A stretch of DNA of 63,688 bases, filler included. It is 5 parts of 5 records of this genome, joined end to end, with 100 filler letters (N's around TTAATTAATTAA, not from the genome) between each part and the next. Parts side by side here need not be neighbours in the genome. Positions count along the whole stretch, not along the records: positions 1 to 8,526 come from SRR20825019_552; positions 8,627 to 20,221 come from SRR20825019_554; 3 more parts are not named here. The stretch is one strand, 5' to 3'. How positions within the stretch are numbered: position 1 is the first letter of the stretch; every line of letters begins with the position of its first letter. Below the pieces are notes generated by a model, which saw nothing but the letters and a program-made list of their open reading frames with translations, did not search any database and was not told the DNA's origin. Positions 1 to 8,657 of this stretch are shown here, one piece after another. Made by a program: the position numbers and the translations under genes.

Positions 1-18
1 CGATCGTGCGATAGTCTA

Positions 19-330
19 TCACGCGCGCCTCCTGACCGTTTCGACCTTCGTGTAGCGGCTCGAGCCCTTCTGCCTGATGAGCGTCGGGAACAGTGCGTCG
101 GCGGCCGCCTGGTGGCTGGAGATCGTATCCCCGCCGCGCACAAGCTTCAGATCCTCGATCTTGTGCTTGATCCTCCATGCGGCAAGTTCGGCCTCGCCGG
201 CGGTTTCGAAATAGCGGATCTCGCCATCCCGCTTGGTGCGGACGGCAAACGCCTCTGACCGCCAGGCAAGCTGGAAATAGCCCACGAACCCGCGCATGGT
301 CTCTTTGGCAAATGCGTTCGACTGGTTCAT
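19..330 (-). CDS. phage hypothetical protein (103 aa)
   Basis: ORF coupled to the dnaB stop by an ATGA overlap; no recognised family. Confidence 0.65.
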   Translation of the reverse strand: MNQSNAFAKETMRGFVGYFQLAWRSEAFAVRTKRDGEIRYFETAGEAELAAWRIKHKIEDLKLVRGGDTISSHQAAADALFPTLIRQKGSSRYTKVETVRRRA

Positions 331-1754
331 AGCATTGCTTCCTGCAGCTCGGCGTCGTTCTGCCGTTCCGACTTGTAGCGAGTGAAACGGGCCTCAAAGA
401 TCAGGTTGTTCTTCACCGCGGCATTGCCAAAACGCACCTTGATCGCACCGATCTGGGCAATGTCCTCTCCCTCGATGACCGCGGACGGGAAAGCTTTGTG
501 AATCTTCTTCCAGTCAGAATCCGACGCGGCGACGGCCTTCCGCTCCTCAAGGAATTTGATGTAGCGATAGACATAGAAGATCGCATCATAGGCCTGCTTG
601 GCCGGATCGCCGCCAAACAGATCGGCCGAGATAGGCCGTGGATTGTCCCGCTTCATCCCGTAGCTGTTGCGCTGGTTCAGAACGAGCCATGCCGCGCCGG
701 TCTGTTCTGCACCGGCCTTGAACACCTTGTTGATATCCTTGGCCTTTGTGCCTTCATCCGAGCGCCGGTCCTGTGGTGTCACAGCTCCAATGTGGTCAAC
801 CACCACAAGTGGGACATTCCCATTGCCGAAGCGCTTCACGAATGAGCGAGCAAAGGAAAGCAGTTGGGGCGCGGTCTGGTCCGTGCATTTGACGACCTCG
901 AAAGGCTGCCGGTCGATCCAGGTGGCGAAGTCGACCACCTTTCTCATTTCCTTCTCTGAAACGTCTCCGGCCCGTTGGCGCCGCGCTTCGATGTCGTGCT
1001 CCTGAGCGATCATCTGCCGGATGCACTGCTCCCCGGACTGGTCATAGCTCATGAACAGGACCGGGTGCCCGCGTTTCAGGGCATGCGTGATCATCTGGAG
1101 CGTGAGGCTTGTCTTGCCTTCTCCTGAGCTGGAGAGCAGCCCGTAGAGGTTCCCGGCCTCGAAACAGGGTTCGGAGATGACTTCTGCGATTTCATCCAGG
1201 CAGATCGGAACGCCCGCGATGCTCTTGCGCTGTTGGGCGGCGGTCATGGCTTCCAGATACTGGTGTCCAAGATTACCCGAACCACCACCGATGTGGTCGC
1301 CACGAAGCTTGGCAAGATGATCCTCCAGCGCCGCGGAGGCAGAGAAGGGATCCACATCGGGAGACCGGGCATACACGCCGGCAATGGTTTCCTCGCAGCC
1401 GGCGATGATCTGGCGATCGATCCAGTGGTGTAGGACACCAAGAGCATAATCGCGGGCCTGAACCGGTGCCACGGCCTCGACGGCAAGCCGCACAAGGTAC
1501 TCGCCCAGTGTGATCTCGCCGACGCGCTCGCCCTCAGGTAGGTAGCTCTTGACGGTCTTCGGGTCGGCCTTCCGCCCGACAGAGACCATTTTTCCGATCA
1601 CCTCAAACACCTTGCCATGCAGAGGCTCGAAGAAGTGGTGAGGCTGGATCACTTTGGATACGAGGTCAAAGCAGTTGTTGTTGACCAGCACCGCGCCAAG
1701 GATGGCTTGCTCGAGCTCGATGTTGTGAGGGAGTGGCTTTTGGATATCGTTCAT
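327..1754 (-). CDS. dnaB: DnaB-like replicative DNA helicase (phage)
   Basis: N-terminal PHNIELEQAILGAVL DnaB motif, Walker A SSGEGKT, Walker B VVVDHI, RPISADL, KVRFG Arg-finger region. Confidence 0.92.
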   Translation of the reverse strand: MNDIQKPLPHNIELEQAILGAVLVNNNCFDLVSKVIQPHHFFEPLHGKVFEVIGKMVSVGRKADPKTVKSYLPEGERVGEITLGEYLVRLAVEAVAPVQARDYALGVLHHWIDRQIIAGCEETIAGVYARSPDVDPFSASAALEDHLAKLRGDHIGGGSGNLGHQYLEAMTAAQQRKSIAGVPICLDEIAEVISEPCFEAGNLYGLLSSSGEGKTSLTLQMITHALKRGHPVLFMSYDQSGEQCIRQMIAQEHDIEARRQRAGDVSEKEMRKVVDFATWIDRQPFEVVKCTDQTAPQLLSFARSFVKRFGNGNVPLVVVDHIGAVTPQDRRSDEGTKAKDINKVFKAGAEQTGAAWLVLNQRNSYGMKRDNPRPISADLFGGDPAKQAYDAIFYVYRYIKFLEERKAVAASDSDWKKIHKAFPSAVIEGEDIAQIGAIKVRFGNAAVKNNLIFEARFTRYKSERQNDAELQEAML

Positions 1755-2323
1755 GCTGCCTCTCCTGTCCGGCGCGCCTGAACGATCTTGAATGTCTGGC
1801 AGGACGGCCCAGCGAACGCCAATCCAACCGCGTCTGCCTGATCGTCATTGGTGACGGTGATGCGGAGCTGCCGGCAGCGATCCCGCGCCGCCTTCTTCCA
1901 GTCCTTCCGGCTCCAGCCCGGCCGCCGTCCAAATCCAAGGAACTGCTTGCGCCAAGTTTCCGGCGGAACGATCTCGAACGGGATCTGATAGGCCCGAACG
2001 ATGGCTGAGGCCGCACCGGTAAGCTGGTTCAGGAGGAGTGCCGTCCCGGCGTTGATCGTCATCTCTTCATGCTCGCCGGCGAAGTCGTTTGTTTTCTTCC
2101 GATGCTGCATGACGTTTCGTGCCGGACGCTCGATCACCACGAAATCCGGGCGGGTTTGCTTGACCAACTTGATGATGCGCTGGCCCATCTCGCCGGCGCG
2201 GGCCTCGTAGCATTCACCGTCGATCTTGAACGACCCGGGCCTGACAGCTGACAGAGATGCATCTGTGTCGTACCAGGCGAAGCCAGTCGTCGTGGCGATA
2301 TCCAGTCCGAGAATGAGTGCCAT
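1751..2323 (-). CDS. RuvC-like Holliday junction resolvase/nuclease
   Basis: ILGLDIATTTGFA start, VVIERP, PETWRKQFLG, DDQADAVGLA acidic motifs; ATG 2323 overlaps the upstream TGA (TGATG). Confidence 0.8.
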   Translation of the reverse strand: MALILGLDIATTTGFAWYDTDASLSAVRPGSFKIDGECYEARAGEMGQRIIKLVKQTRPDFVVIERPARNVMQHRKKTNDFAGEHEEMTINAGTALLLNQLTGAASAIVRAYQIPFEIVPPETWRKQFLGFGRRPGWSRKDWKKAARDRCRQLRITVTNDDQADAVGLAFAGPSCQTFKIVQARRTGEAA

Positions 2324-3690
2324 CAAGCTGCCTCCTTCCGAATTTTGAGCAGGCCCGTGGGAACATTGGTCCCGGCCTCTGAAAAGCTGCCGACTGGGAG
2401 GTCGCGCCATTCGCCTTTGAGTTCGCCATGGTCGTAGTGGGCAGTAGCCGGGAGGATGGACACCAAGACGCCGCCCGGTTCAAGGAACTCCAGCGCGTGG
2501 CGGACGTGCTTGACATAGTGACGCCCGTAGAATGGCGGGTTCATCACAACCATGTCGTATTCAGGCTTTGCCGGGCATTCGAGGAAATTGGCGGTCAGGA
2601 CGTTGTGGCCTTTGCCTCTCGCCTCGGTAGCGCGGCCCGCATGATACTCGATGCCGAACACGCGGTGCCCGCGCGCCCGTATTGCATCCATGATGCGTCC
2701 ATCTCCGCACGACGGCTCAAGGATGCGTGACGGCTCAGGAGGGTTGTGACGCCATTCGCGCAGATTGTAGACACCCGCGAACTCCAAGGCCCGATCAATC
2801 ACTTCCTGGGGCGACCAGTAGAACTGCAGGTCTTTGGAAACGGCAGTCCCAGCGCGTGGCTTTGCGCCTTCTTCTTCGGCATCTGGCAGCACCTCGCCAT
2901 AGAATTCGGCAAGAGCCCGGTTTATGTCTTTAAGTGTCTCGGGCGCGAAGAACACATGCGCGTTGCCATTGCCGAAGCGGCGGATGGTCATGCCGCGATC
3001 AAGGGTCTGATATTCACCTTCTCGATAGCGATCCTTCCATGGCACTTTGCAGCCGTCGAGAACCGCGTCTTCGCCAGCGCCATGAGCAGCAGCTATAGCC
3101 TGAAATTCCTCGTGCTCCATGAGCGGCTGCCCCCGGTAGGCAGCGAGGGCGTTCACAATGTCGCGGAACTTGTCTTTACCGTATGTGCCGGAATAGCTAC
3201 CCCATCCCGAGAGGATCACCCGCTTGGGCAAACCCTTCACGCCGATCTTGACCTTGCTGTGCGACTTGTAGGCCGGGTCCAGATCAGCAAATGTTTCGGC
3301 CAGACCGCGAAGGATGTGCGAGCGCGGATTCTCCAGATACGGGCCGAATGTCGCCTTGGCATTCTCGAACGTCAGTTCCGGCGGGTTGGCAAGTGTTTTC
3401 TCGAAGAGCTTCTTGTCCTTCGCGCTCGCTATCCGGTCGATCTGGCACCTGTTGTAGAGCGTCTTCCAGCCGGAGGCGCGCAGGTTCTTTTGCATGTCAC
3501 TCGCGTGGACATATGCCCGCCCTCGCAGGATCGGCTCCACATACGTGCCCATGATGGTGCCGGCCATCTCGACGTTGGTGCAAGCCTCTTCATAAGCCTT
3601 GATCGCGGCTTCGACGTTCGCTGTCTTCCGGTCATACTCGTCAATGATGTCGAGGACGGTGCTCTGCTTGGCGATGGCGTTCATGTTCAT
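2323..3690 (-). CDS. DUF4942-type domain + class I SAM-dependent (N6-adenine) DNA methyltransferase
   Basis: RRFGNGNAHVFF...INRALAEFYG segment, then QFYWSP, ILEPSCGDG (motif I), VVMNPPF (motif IV); start placed at ATG 3690 (TGATG overlap). Confidence 0.85.
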   Translation of the reverse strand: MNMNAIAKQSTVLDIIDEYDRKTANVEAAIKAYEEACTNVEMAGTIMGTYVEPILRGRAYVHASDMQKNLRASGWKTLYNRCQIDRIASAKDKKLFEKTLANPPELTFENAKATFGPYLENPRSHILRGLAETFADLDPAYKSHSKVKIGVKGLPKRVILSGWGSYSGTYGKDKFRDIVNALAAYRGQPLMEHEEFQAIAAAHGAGEDAVLDGCKVPWKDRYREGEYQTLDRGMTIRRFGNGNAHVFFAPETLKDINRALAEFYGEVLPDAEEEGAKPRAGTAVSKDLQFYWSPQEVIDRALEFAGVYNLREWRHNPPEPSRILEPSCGDGRIMDAIRARGHRVFGIEYHAGRATEARGKGHNVLTANFLECPAKPEYDMVVMNPPFYGRHYVKHVRHALEFLEPGGVLVSILPATAHYDHGELKGEWRDLPVGSFSEAGTNVPTGLLKIRKEAA

Positions 3691-3920
3691 CACGCAGTCT
3701 CCGTATAGAATAGATCGCGTTGGGCAGGTTTCCGAACTTTGGCGTGATACCCAATTTCGCCAGCTCCGCTTGAGCATTCGAAGCAACGAGCGTGGCCGTC
3801 CTTGTCGCGCGTCCAGCCTTCAAAGGTGTTCATGGCAGCTGGAATGTCAGCTACGGTTGGGCAACTGGAAGAAGCCTTACGACCACATCGGCAAGAAATG
3901 TTGAGAGTTGCATGGAGCAT
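3690..3920 (-). CDS. small putative Zn-binding phage protein
   Basis: CRC...CFEC cysteines, C-terminal QRDLF; TGATG coupling at both ends. Confidence 0.6.
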   Translation of the reverse strand: MLHATLNISCRCGRKASSSCPTVADIPAAMNTFEGWTRDKDGHARCFECSSGAGEIGYHAKVRKPAQRDLFYTETA

Positions 3921-4492
3921 CAAGCGGCCTCCCCGAATTTGCCCGCCTCATCGCCCCACACCGTCCAGCCGGGCCGGTTGGTGCGGCTGAAAAGCTCGAT
4001 CCGGCGCGCGCGGGGCATCAACTGCTCGGCAGCGCGGTAAGCTTCTTCCGGTTTGCGGGAGTGCTCTCTGGCCTGCCCCATGATCAGCGACCGGACGGAT
4101 TTCGTGGTCTTCGGCTCACCGCGCGTTCCGATCAGGATGGGTTCGTGAGCACTGCGGAAGATGTAGCCGGTGCCGAAGGCGAGCTTGCCATTGACCGTCG
4201 TCTTGCCCCACGCTCCGGCTGTCTTGAAGGTGAAGCCCCAGGCATTCAGAACCTCAAGCGCCTGCGGCAGCATTGGATTGGTGGTCCAGAGCCACAGGAG
4301 CGCGTCCGGTGCAGCCAAGTCGAGAACCGGCAGCGCTTTGATCTCATCAAGGCTCTGGCAGCGGTATTGCGCCTGCGCCGACTTCCCCTCGCCCTTCCCC
4401 GAACGCAGTTCGAATGTCCAAGCAGGGTCTGCCATGATCAGATCGAAGGAATGCGGGTTGATGTCGCCAAATGGCCAGTCGAACAATCGCAT
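3920..4492 (-). CDS. MT-A70 family methyltransferase
   Basis: LIMADPAW, LWLWTTNPML, WGFTFKT, GTGYIFRSAHE, REHSRKP, IELFSR...GWTVWGDE. Confidence 0.92.
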   Translation of the reverse strand: MRLFDWPFGDINPHSFDLIMADPAWTFELRSGKGEGKSAQAQYRCQSLDEIKALPVLDLAAPDALLWLWTTNPMLPQALEVLNAWGFTFKTAGAWGKTTVNGKLAFGTGYIFRSAHEPILIGTRGEPKTTKSVRSLIMGQAREHSRKPEEAYRAAEQLMPRARRIELFSRTNRPGWTVWGDEAGKFGEAA

Positions 4493-4584
4493 CACTCCCC
4501 TCCCCACATAGCCGCGCCCATGCAGACAATGCCGGCAATGGCGATGGTCCAAGTCACAATCATGAAACGGGTGCGCTCGGTCAT
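4492..4584 (-). CDS. 30-aa single-TM phage peptide (not in ORF track)
   Basis: MTERTRFMIVTWTIAIAGIVCMGAAMWGGE fills the gap exactly with ATGA and TGATG overlaps. Confidence 0.55.
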   Translation of the reverse strand: MTERTRFMIVTWTIAIAGIVCMGAAMWGGE

Positions 4585-5321
4585 GCTGCGGCCCTTGCCT
4601 TGCTCAGGCTCTCTTCCTTCTCTGCCAGAAAGGCCGGTGAGAACCGGAGATGACCGTTTCGATCACGCTTGAAGAGACCGTCTTCCAGACCGTGGATCGC
4701 AGCCCAGACGGATTGTTCATCGCGGGACCACATGCCGACGAACTTTCCCTGCTGCGCATTCGAGACCTTGACGCTATCGCTTCGCAAAAACCCTGCACTT
4801 CGGTCTTGCGGCTCCACGCATTCGTACTCTTCCAAGACACAGCGGGCGTTTTTGATCGAGAGACCGCCGTAATCCATGTGGTAGCGCAAACCATTGATGA
4901 CCGACGGCTTGTCGGTGAAGTTTCGCGTTGCCAGCATGGCAGTGAAATGTTCGTCTGTGAGCAAATCTATGGCATGCCAAAAAGGGCCGATGTTCCGTTC
5001 GCGTCCAAACTCGTCTAGCGGTTGCCAGACTGGTCGTGTCCCGGTCGCCTCCTCAATCACGTCAAGCTCAGGAAGGCCCTCGAAGTCAGGATGACGCAGC
5101 CAGAGTTTGCTCTGACCGTCCGTCTGCCGCACTCTGTCAACGAACTCGATGGGAAAGTTGAAGAGCCTCGAAGGAAGCTCGCCGAACGAGACCTGAATGG
5201 CGCGGTTAAGGCCCAGAAGATATTCGTTGTGGGCCAAACCCGCATCGACCAGCCGAGCAATCAACGGATCAGGCGGCAGCGGCGCGGGCTTCGGCTCTGC
5301 GAACATGTCAAGCTGTTGCAT
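4581..5321 (-). CDS. phage hypothetical protein (246 aa) with N-terminal QLDMF motif
   Basis: long ORF in operon orientation. Confidence 0.75.
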   Translation of the reverse strand: MQQLDMFAEPKPAPLPPDPLIARLVDAGLAHNEYLLGLNRAIQVSFGELPSRLFNFPIEFVDRVRQTDGQSKLWLRHPDFEGLPELDVIEEATGTRPVWQPLDEFGRERNIGPFWHAIDLLTDEHFTAMLATRNFTDKPSVINGLRYHMDYGGLSIKNARCVLEEYECVEPQDRSAGFLRSDSVKVSNAQQGKFVGMWSRDEQSVWAAIHGLEDGLFKRDRNGHLRFSPAFLAEKEESLSKARAAA

Positions 5322-5377
5322 TCGTCTCTGACCTACATCAGGGTGCGCCGTCTAAGCCGCGGCGCTGGGCACGCGGT

Positions 5378-5611
5378 TCAAAACGGGATTTCGTCTTCGG
5401 TGATGGCTCGCTGTCCCGGCTCAAGTCGGATGGTCTCGACATCGACACGGCGGGAGACCGAGACAGCCTCAAGCACGTAGAACGGCGTTCCCGGCGCGAC
5501 ACGGGCCAAGCGCTCGGCTTCGCCTTGTGCGCTGGCGAACGTCTTGTGGCGCACCGTGGGCTGGCGCTGGCCAAGCCCGTAGACCATCCAGAAGGTTTCC
5601 GGAGCCGCCAT
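5378..5611 (-). CDS. small phage protein (77 aa) ending EDEIPF
   Basis: FWMVY...PTVRH...EAERLA...FYVLEA resembles small proteobacterial phage proteins; operon orientation. Confidence 0.7.
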   Translation of the reverse strand: MAAPETFWMVYGLGQRQPTVRHKTFASAQGEAERLARVAPGTPFYVLEAVSVSRRVDVETIRLEPGQRAITEDEIPF

Positions 5612-5614
5612 TGT

Positions 5615-6151
5615 CTACGCCTCTGCCGCTTCTTCGTCGGGGAACTCGGGGTCGACTTCATCGCCCTTGACCAGCTCGGTTCCGCTGTCTTCGGCCTCAG
5701 CCAGTGCGCGCTCACGGGCACCGTCACCATGGCCTGAGAGCCATTCCTGATACTGCTCGGAACCTGGAGCGTATGGGTTCTCGCCATGACCATCGCCGCG
5801 CAGGCCAGCATTGCGGCCAAGCATGCGGGCTTTCTCGCTGCTCGGCATGGCACCGTTCAGCAGGTAGTCGAACGACATCTGCGCTTCTTCGATGCCATCG
5901 CCGAAGGCATAGAGGTATTCGATCACCTTCTCCGTTTCGGCGAGGTATTCATCCTTCTTGCCGGACTTGATGATCTGGAGTGCGCGGTCGGCAGCCTTGA
6001 GGTGGATGCCCTTCCCTTCGACGTGCTTGCGAGTAGCCCGGTATGAGCCCGTGGCGCTCTCAACGGCTTCTTTCTCTCGCTTCAACTTGCTGAGATTGAG
6101 CGCTACGGCTGCATCGACTGCAGGGCCGTTGTGCGTGGTCTTTTCAGTCAT
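5615..6151 (-). CDS. phage protein, possibly GapR/DUF2312-like N-terminus with NPY...W..G motif
   Basis: ATG 6151 overlaps the upstream stop; helical KREKEAV...KHVEGKGIHLKA segment; C-terminal NPYAPGSEQYQEWLSGH; family assignment tentative. Confidence 0.55.
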   Translation of the reverse strand: MTEKTTHNGPAVDAAVALNLSKLKREKEAVESATGSYRATRKHVEGKGIHLKAADRALQIIKSGKKDEYLAETEKVIEYLYAFGDGIEEAQMSFDYLLNGAMPSSEKARMLGRNAGLRGDGHGENPYAPGSEQYQEWLSGHGDGARERALAEAEDSGTELVKGDEVDPEFPDEEAAEA

Positions 6152-6516
6152 GTCTCTTCCCTTTCCGCGCTTTGCGGCGGCGTCTGAATGCCTTCCAGAG
6201 CCGCTTGATCCCGCGACATAGCCGCATTGCTTTCCTCGATTGATTGGGCTTCCCGCTCGATGCGGTCGGCGGTGTTTTCGATCAGTGCGCAAAGGTGGCC
6301 ATATGTGTTTCGAAGCCCGCGATAGACGTCAGCGTTCATCGATTTCATTTCATGCCAGCGCTTCCACACACGTTCGGCTTGAGCCGGTGTAATCCCGGCT
6401 TTTCTTGCCGCCCTGTCACGCGCCGCGGTCTGGGTGTCACCCCAGCCGCGATACTCTTGTCTCGTTGCAGCGTTCAGCATCCGGAACGCCTCCTGAGCAG
6501 CCATACTCGTACTCAT
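6148..6516 (-). CDS. phage HTH-like regulator (CII-position type)
   Basis: GWGDTQTAARDRAARKAGITPAQAERVW HTH-like segment; start 6516 (ATGA overlap) or 6564. Confidence 0.6.
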   Translation of the reverse strand: MSTSMAAQEAFRMLNAATRQEYRGWGDTQTAARDRAARKAGITPAQAERVWKRWHEMKSMNADVYRGLRNTYGHLCALIENTADRIEREAQSIEESNAAMSRDQAALEGIQTPPQSAEREET

Positions 6517-6725
6517 TGGCTCGTCCTCAATGGGTGCGGATCCGCACCGTTTCGGGTCACACATGACCTCTCTCCGTCGCTACATTCACACTCGTAGCAA
6601 CGGGGATTTCCGGGCCTGTAGGGCTCGATCTCGAAAGGAAGGAAAGGAACGACGAATGAGCAGGACGACGCGCAAACATCAGCCTGGTCAGCTCGATTTG
6701 TTCCCTGAAACATTGCGGAAGTCAT
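6513..6725 (-). CDS. hypothetical Cys-containing protein (70 aa)
   Basis: ATGA overlaps at both ends; otherwise unsupported. Confidence 0.35.
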   Translation of the reverse strand: MTSAMFQGTNRADQADVCASSCSFVVPFLPFEIEPYRPGNPRCYECECSDGERSCVTRNGADPHPLRTSQ

Positions 6726-6889
6726 TTGCGCCTCCGCTGAAACGGGCTCATGGCAATGGCGGCGGCAACCGCCAGAGGCCAGACAATGCAAACTGCCCAT
6801 TCACGGAGGCCCGCGGGCGCTTCCCGCTTTACGGCAGTAACCGCGCCTATGACGCCCAGCCCGTATAGGATGATGGCGAGGATCGTCAT
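6722..6889 (-). CDS. 55-aa two-TM phage membrane protein (not in ORF track)
   Basis: MTILAIILYGLGVIGAV...WAVCIVWPLAVAAAIAMSPFQRRRK with ATGA overlaps. Confidence 0.6.
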   Translation of the reverse strand: MTILAIILYGLGVIGAVTAVKREAPAGLREWAVCIVWPLAVAAAIAMSPFQRRRK

Positions 6890-7083
6890 GCTGAGCTCTC
6901 CAGAACCGCAACACCGGCATTTCTTAGAACGCGCTCAACCTCACAGGGAGCGCAGGGCTTGCCCGTCACATTCCGGACGGTCTTCGCAATTTGAGGGAGA
7001 GACTGACCGCGCCGCGCTGCCGCAAGCATCAGGTCGGTGTCGGCAACGGTCCACTTGAAGTTCCACAAAGGGCGCTGGGTCAT
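6886..7083 (-). CDS. GcrA-like N-terminal HTH protein (65 aa)
   Basis: WTVADTDLMLAAARRGQSLPQIAKTV fits the WT...L...G.S..QIA pattern. Confidence 0.55.
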   Translation of the reverse strand: MTQRPLWNFKWTVADTDLMLAAARRGQSLPQIAKTVRNVTGKPCAPCEVERVLRNAGVAVLESSA

Positions 7084-7673
7084 GCCGCCTCCGAAAGGAT
7101 CGGCGCCAAGCCTTCGGCGGTGCGGAACTCATCAACCAGTTCCAACACCTGCCGCCATGCAACGACCTTGGGGCGCCCGCGCCCGTTGCTGATGCTGTAC
7201 TTGGCCCTCTGGAAATTCAGGCGATAGCCCCACTGCTCCAGATATGCCTTGACTGCGAGATAGTCCGTGCTGTCGCCCTGCTTAAACCTGCGAGGCTCGC
7301 CATGCTTTGCCTTCCAGTCTGCAATCATTTCCTCGAGCGAGTGCGCCGGCCGGACTTCACCACTGCGATTTTCCAATTTGTCATCGAGAGGACGCGAGAT
7401 GCCGGCCGGCTGGCCCTTGGATACCGTCTCGCACCCGAAGATCGTGCTGGAAGCCGAAGCCCCGCCACACCCAAGGGAGTCAGTGAATTCGTTGGCGGCG
7501 CGCAGCGATTTGCGGTGATGGCTAACGCCTTCGGCGTCCCGGCCTCTGAGGGGAATTCCGGTCCCGCCAGATTTTTGCGCCCGCAGAGCATCGCTGCTTG
7601 TTGTGCTCGGTATGCCGCCGGATACCGCCGAAGTGCGCGGGCCGGGGAAATTCATGTCATTGCCGCTCGTCAT
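7080..7673 (-). CDS. phage hypothetical protein (197 aa)
   Basis: ATGA-coupled ORF. Confidence 0.6.
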   Translation of the reverse strand: MTSGNDMNFPGPRTSAVSGGIPSTTSSDALRAQKSGGTGIPLRGRDAEGVSHHRKSLRAANEFTDSLGCGGASASSTIFGCETVSKGQPAGISRPLDDKLENRSGEVRPAHSLEEMIADWKAKHGEPRRFKQGDSTDYLAVKAYLEQWGYRLNFQRAKYSISNGRGRPKVVAWRQVLELVDEFRTAEGLAPILSEAA

Positions 7674-7906
7674 CCCGCCAGCCTCTCAATCCATTCCGCT
7701 ACACCGGAGATCGCCAGGAGCATCACCCACCAGCCTGCGAGGGAGGTGAGAAGAAGCGAGACCAAAAAGGCCCAGACCAGGATGATCTTGCCGGTGCTGA
7801 GATGAAGGGTTGCCGGAGAGGATGCGGGAGGAGGTGCACCCTCCCCGGCTTCCGCCGCGCTGGGGTGGGATGGGACGCGGCGTTCTTGTGTCTGGCGGGA
7901 GGTCAT
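7670..7906 (-). CDS. small membrane protein
   Basis: C-terminal hydrophobic segments; ATGA overlaps. Confidence 0.55.
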   Translation of the reverse strand: MTSRQTQERRVPSHPSAAEAGEGAPPPASSPATLHLSTGKIILVWAFLVSLLLTSLAGWWVMLLAISGVAEWIERLAG

Positions 7907-8469
7907 GCGGCTGCTCCAGTGATGGTGCGCGCGTCGAAACAATCCCATGGAGCAGATTCTTGAACCGCAGCCCGGATCTGATCACGAACAACCAGCTTCT
8001 CGACTACGGGCTTGCTTCCGACTGCCAAGTTGCAGGGCTCGCAGGCGATGCCGAGGTTGAATTCGTGGTTCGGCCCGCCCTTCGAGATCGGAACGAAATG
8101 CTCAAGCGTCGAGCTTTCACGCGTGACAAATTGCCCGCAGTAGCAGCAACAGGCGTAGCCGGTTTCCCGCTCCATCCTGTCGATGATCGAATTGCGCACA
8201 GCCGCGCCGTTCTGCCGGCGCATCTTCTGGATAGCCTGTTCGCCCCCTGCCCCGGTCTCATTGAGGAACCGGCGATAATCAGAGCGCACATGGCTTGGGA
8301 TGGTCAGATTGCCCTTCTTGTTTCGATGGACCACCGAAATAACCCGGTCGGCAAGGCGATACCTGATCACTTCCCATTCGTTCGTGGGCGCATAGACACT
8401 TCCGCCCTGTGCTTCGATCCATTCAGCAAAAGCGCGGAGCTTGAACGTGGTGGGCTGGAGATCGCTCAT
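7903..8469 (-). CDS. HNH endonuclease
   Basis: CCYCG...TLEHFVPISKGGPNHEFNLGIACEPCN. Confidence 0.9.
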   Translation of the reverse strand: MSDLQPTTFKLRAFAEWIEAQGGSVYAPTNEWEVIRYRLADRVISVVHRNKKGNLTIPSHVRSDYRRFLNETGAGGEQAIQKMRRQNGAAVRNSIIDRMERETGYACCCYCGQFVTRESSTLEHFVPISKGGPNHEFNLGIACEPCNLAVGSKPVVEKLVVRDQIRAAVQESAPWDCFDARTITGAAA

Positions 8470-8526
8470 GCCGCGGCCTCGTTGTACCAATCCTCAACCC
8501 CGACCTTTCCGTCGGTCGCACGAAGA

Positions 8527-8626
8527 NNNNNNNNNNNNNNNNNNNNNNNNNNNNNNNNNNNNNNNNNNNNTTAATTAATTAANNNNNNNNNNNNNNNNNN
8601 NNNNNNNNNNNNNNNNNNNNNNNNNN
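8527..8626. other. artificial contig spacer
   Basis: N44-TTAATTAATTAA-N44, stops in all six frames. Confidence 0.99.
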
Positions 8627-8657
8627 TGAGCGTGAGCGTGAGCGTGAGCGTGAGCGG
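8627..8657 (+). repeat. (GAGCGT)n coding microsatellite (Glu-Arg repeats)
   Basis: tandem hexamer at contig start. Confidence 0.85.

Larger units (their letters stand above)
1..8526 (-). mobile_element. alphaproteobacterial (Rhizobiales-like) prophage/phage early-replication region
   Basis: dense co-oriented coupled small ORFs with DnaB, RuvC-like, MTases and HNH; GC-rich. Confidence 0.85.

Noticed and set aside
8527-8626. Bacteria-to-eukaryote HGT or phage integration at contig junctions
   Set aside because: Junctions are artificial spacers
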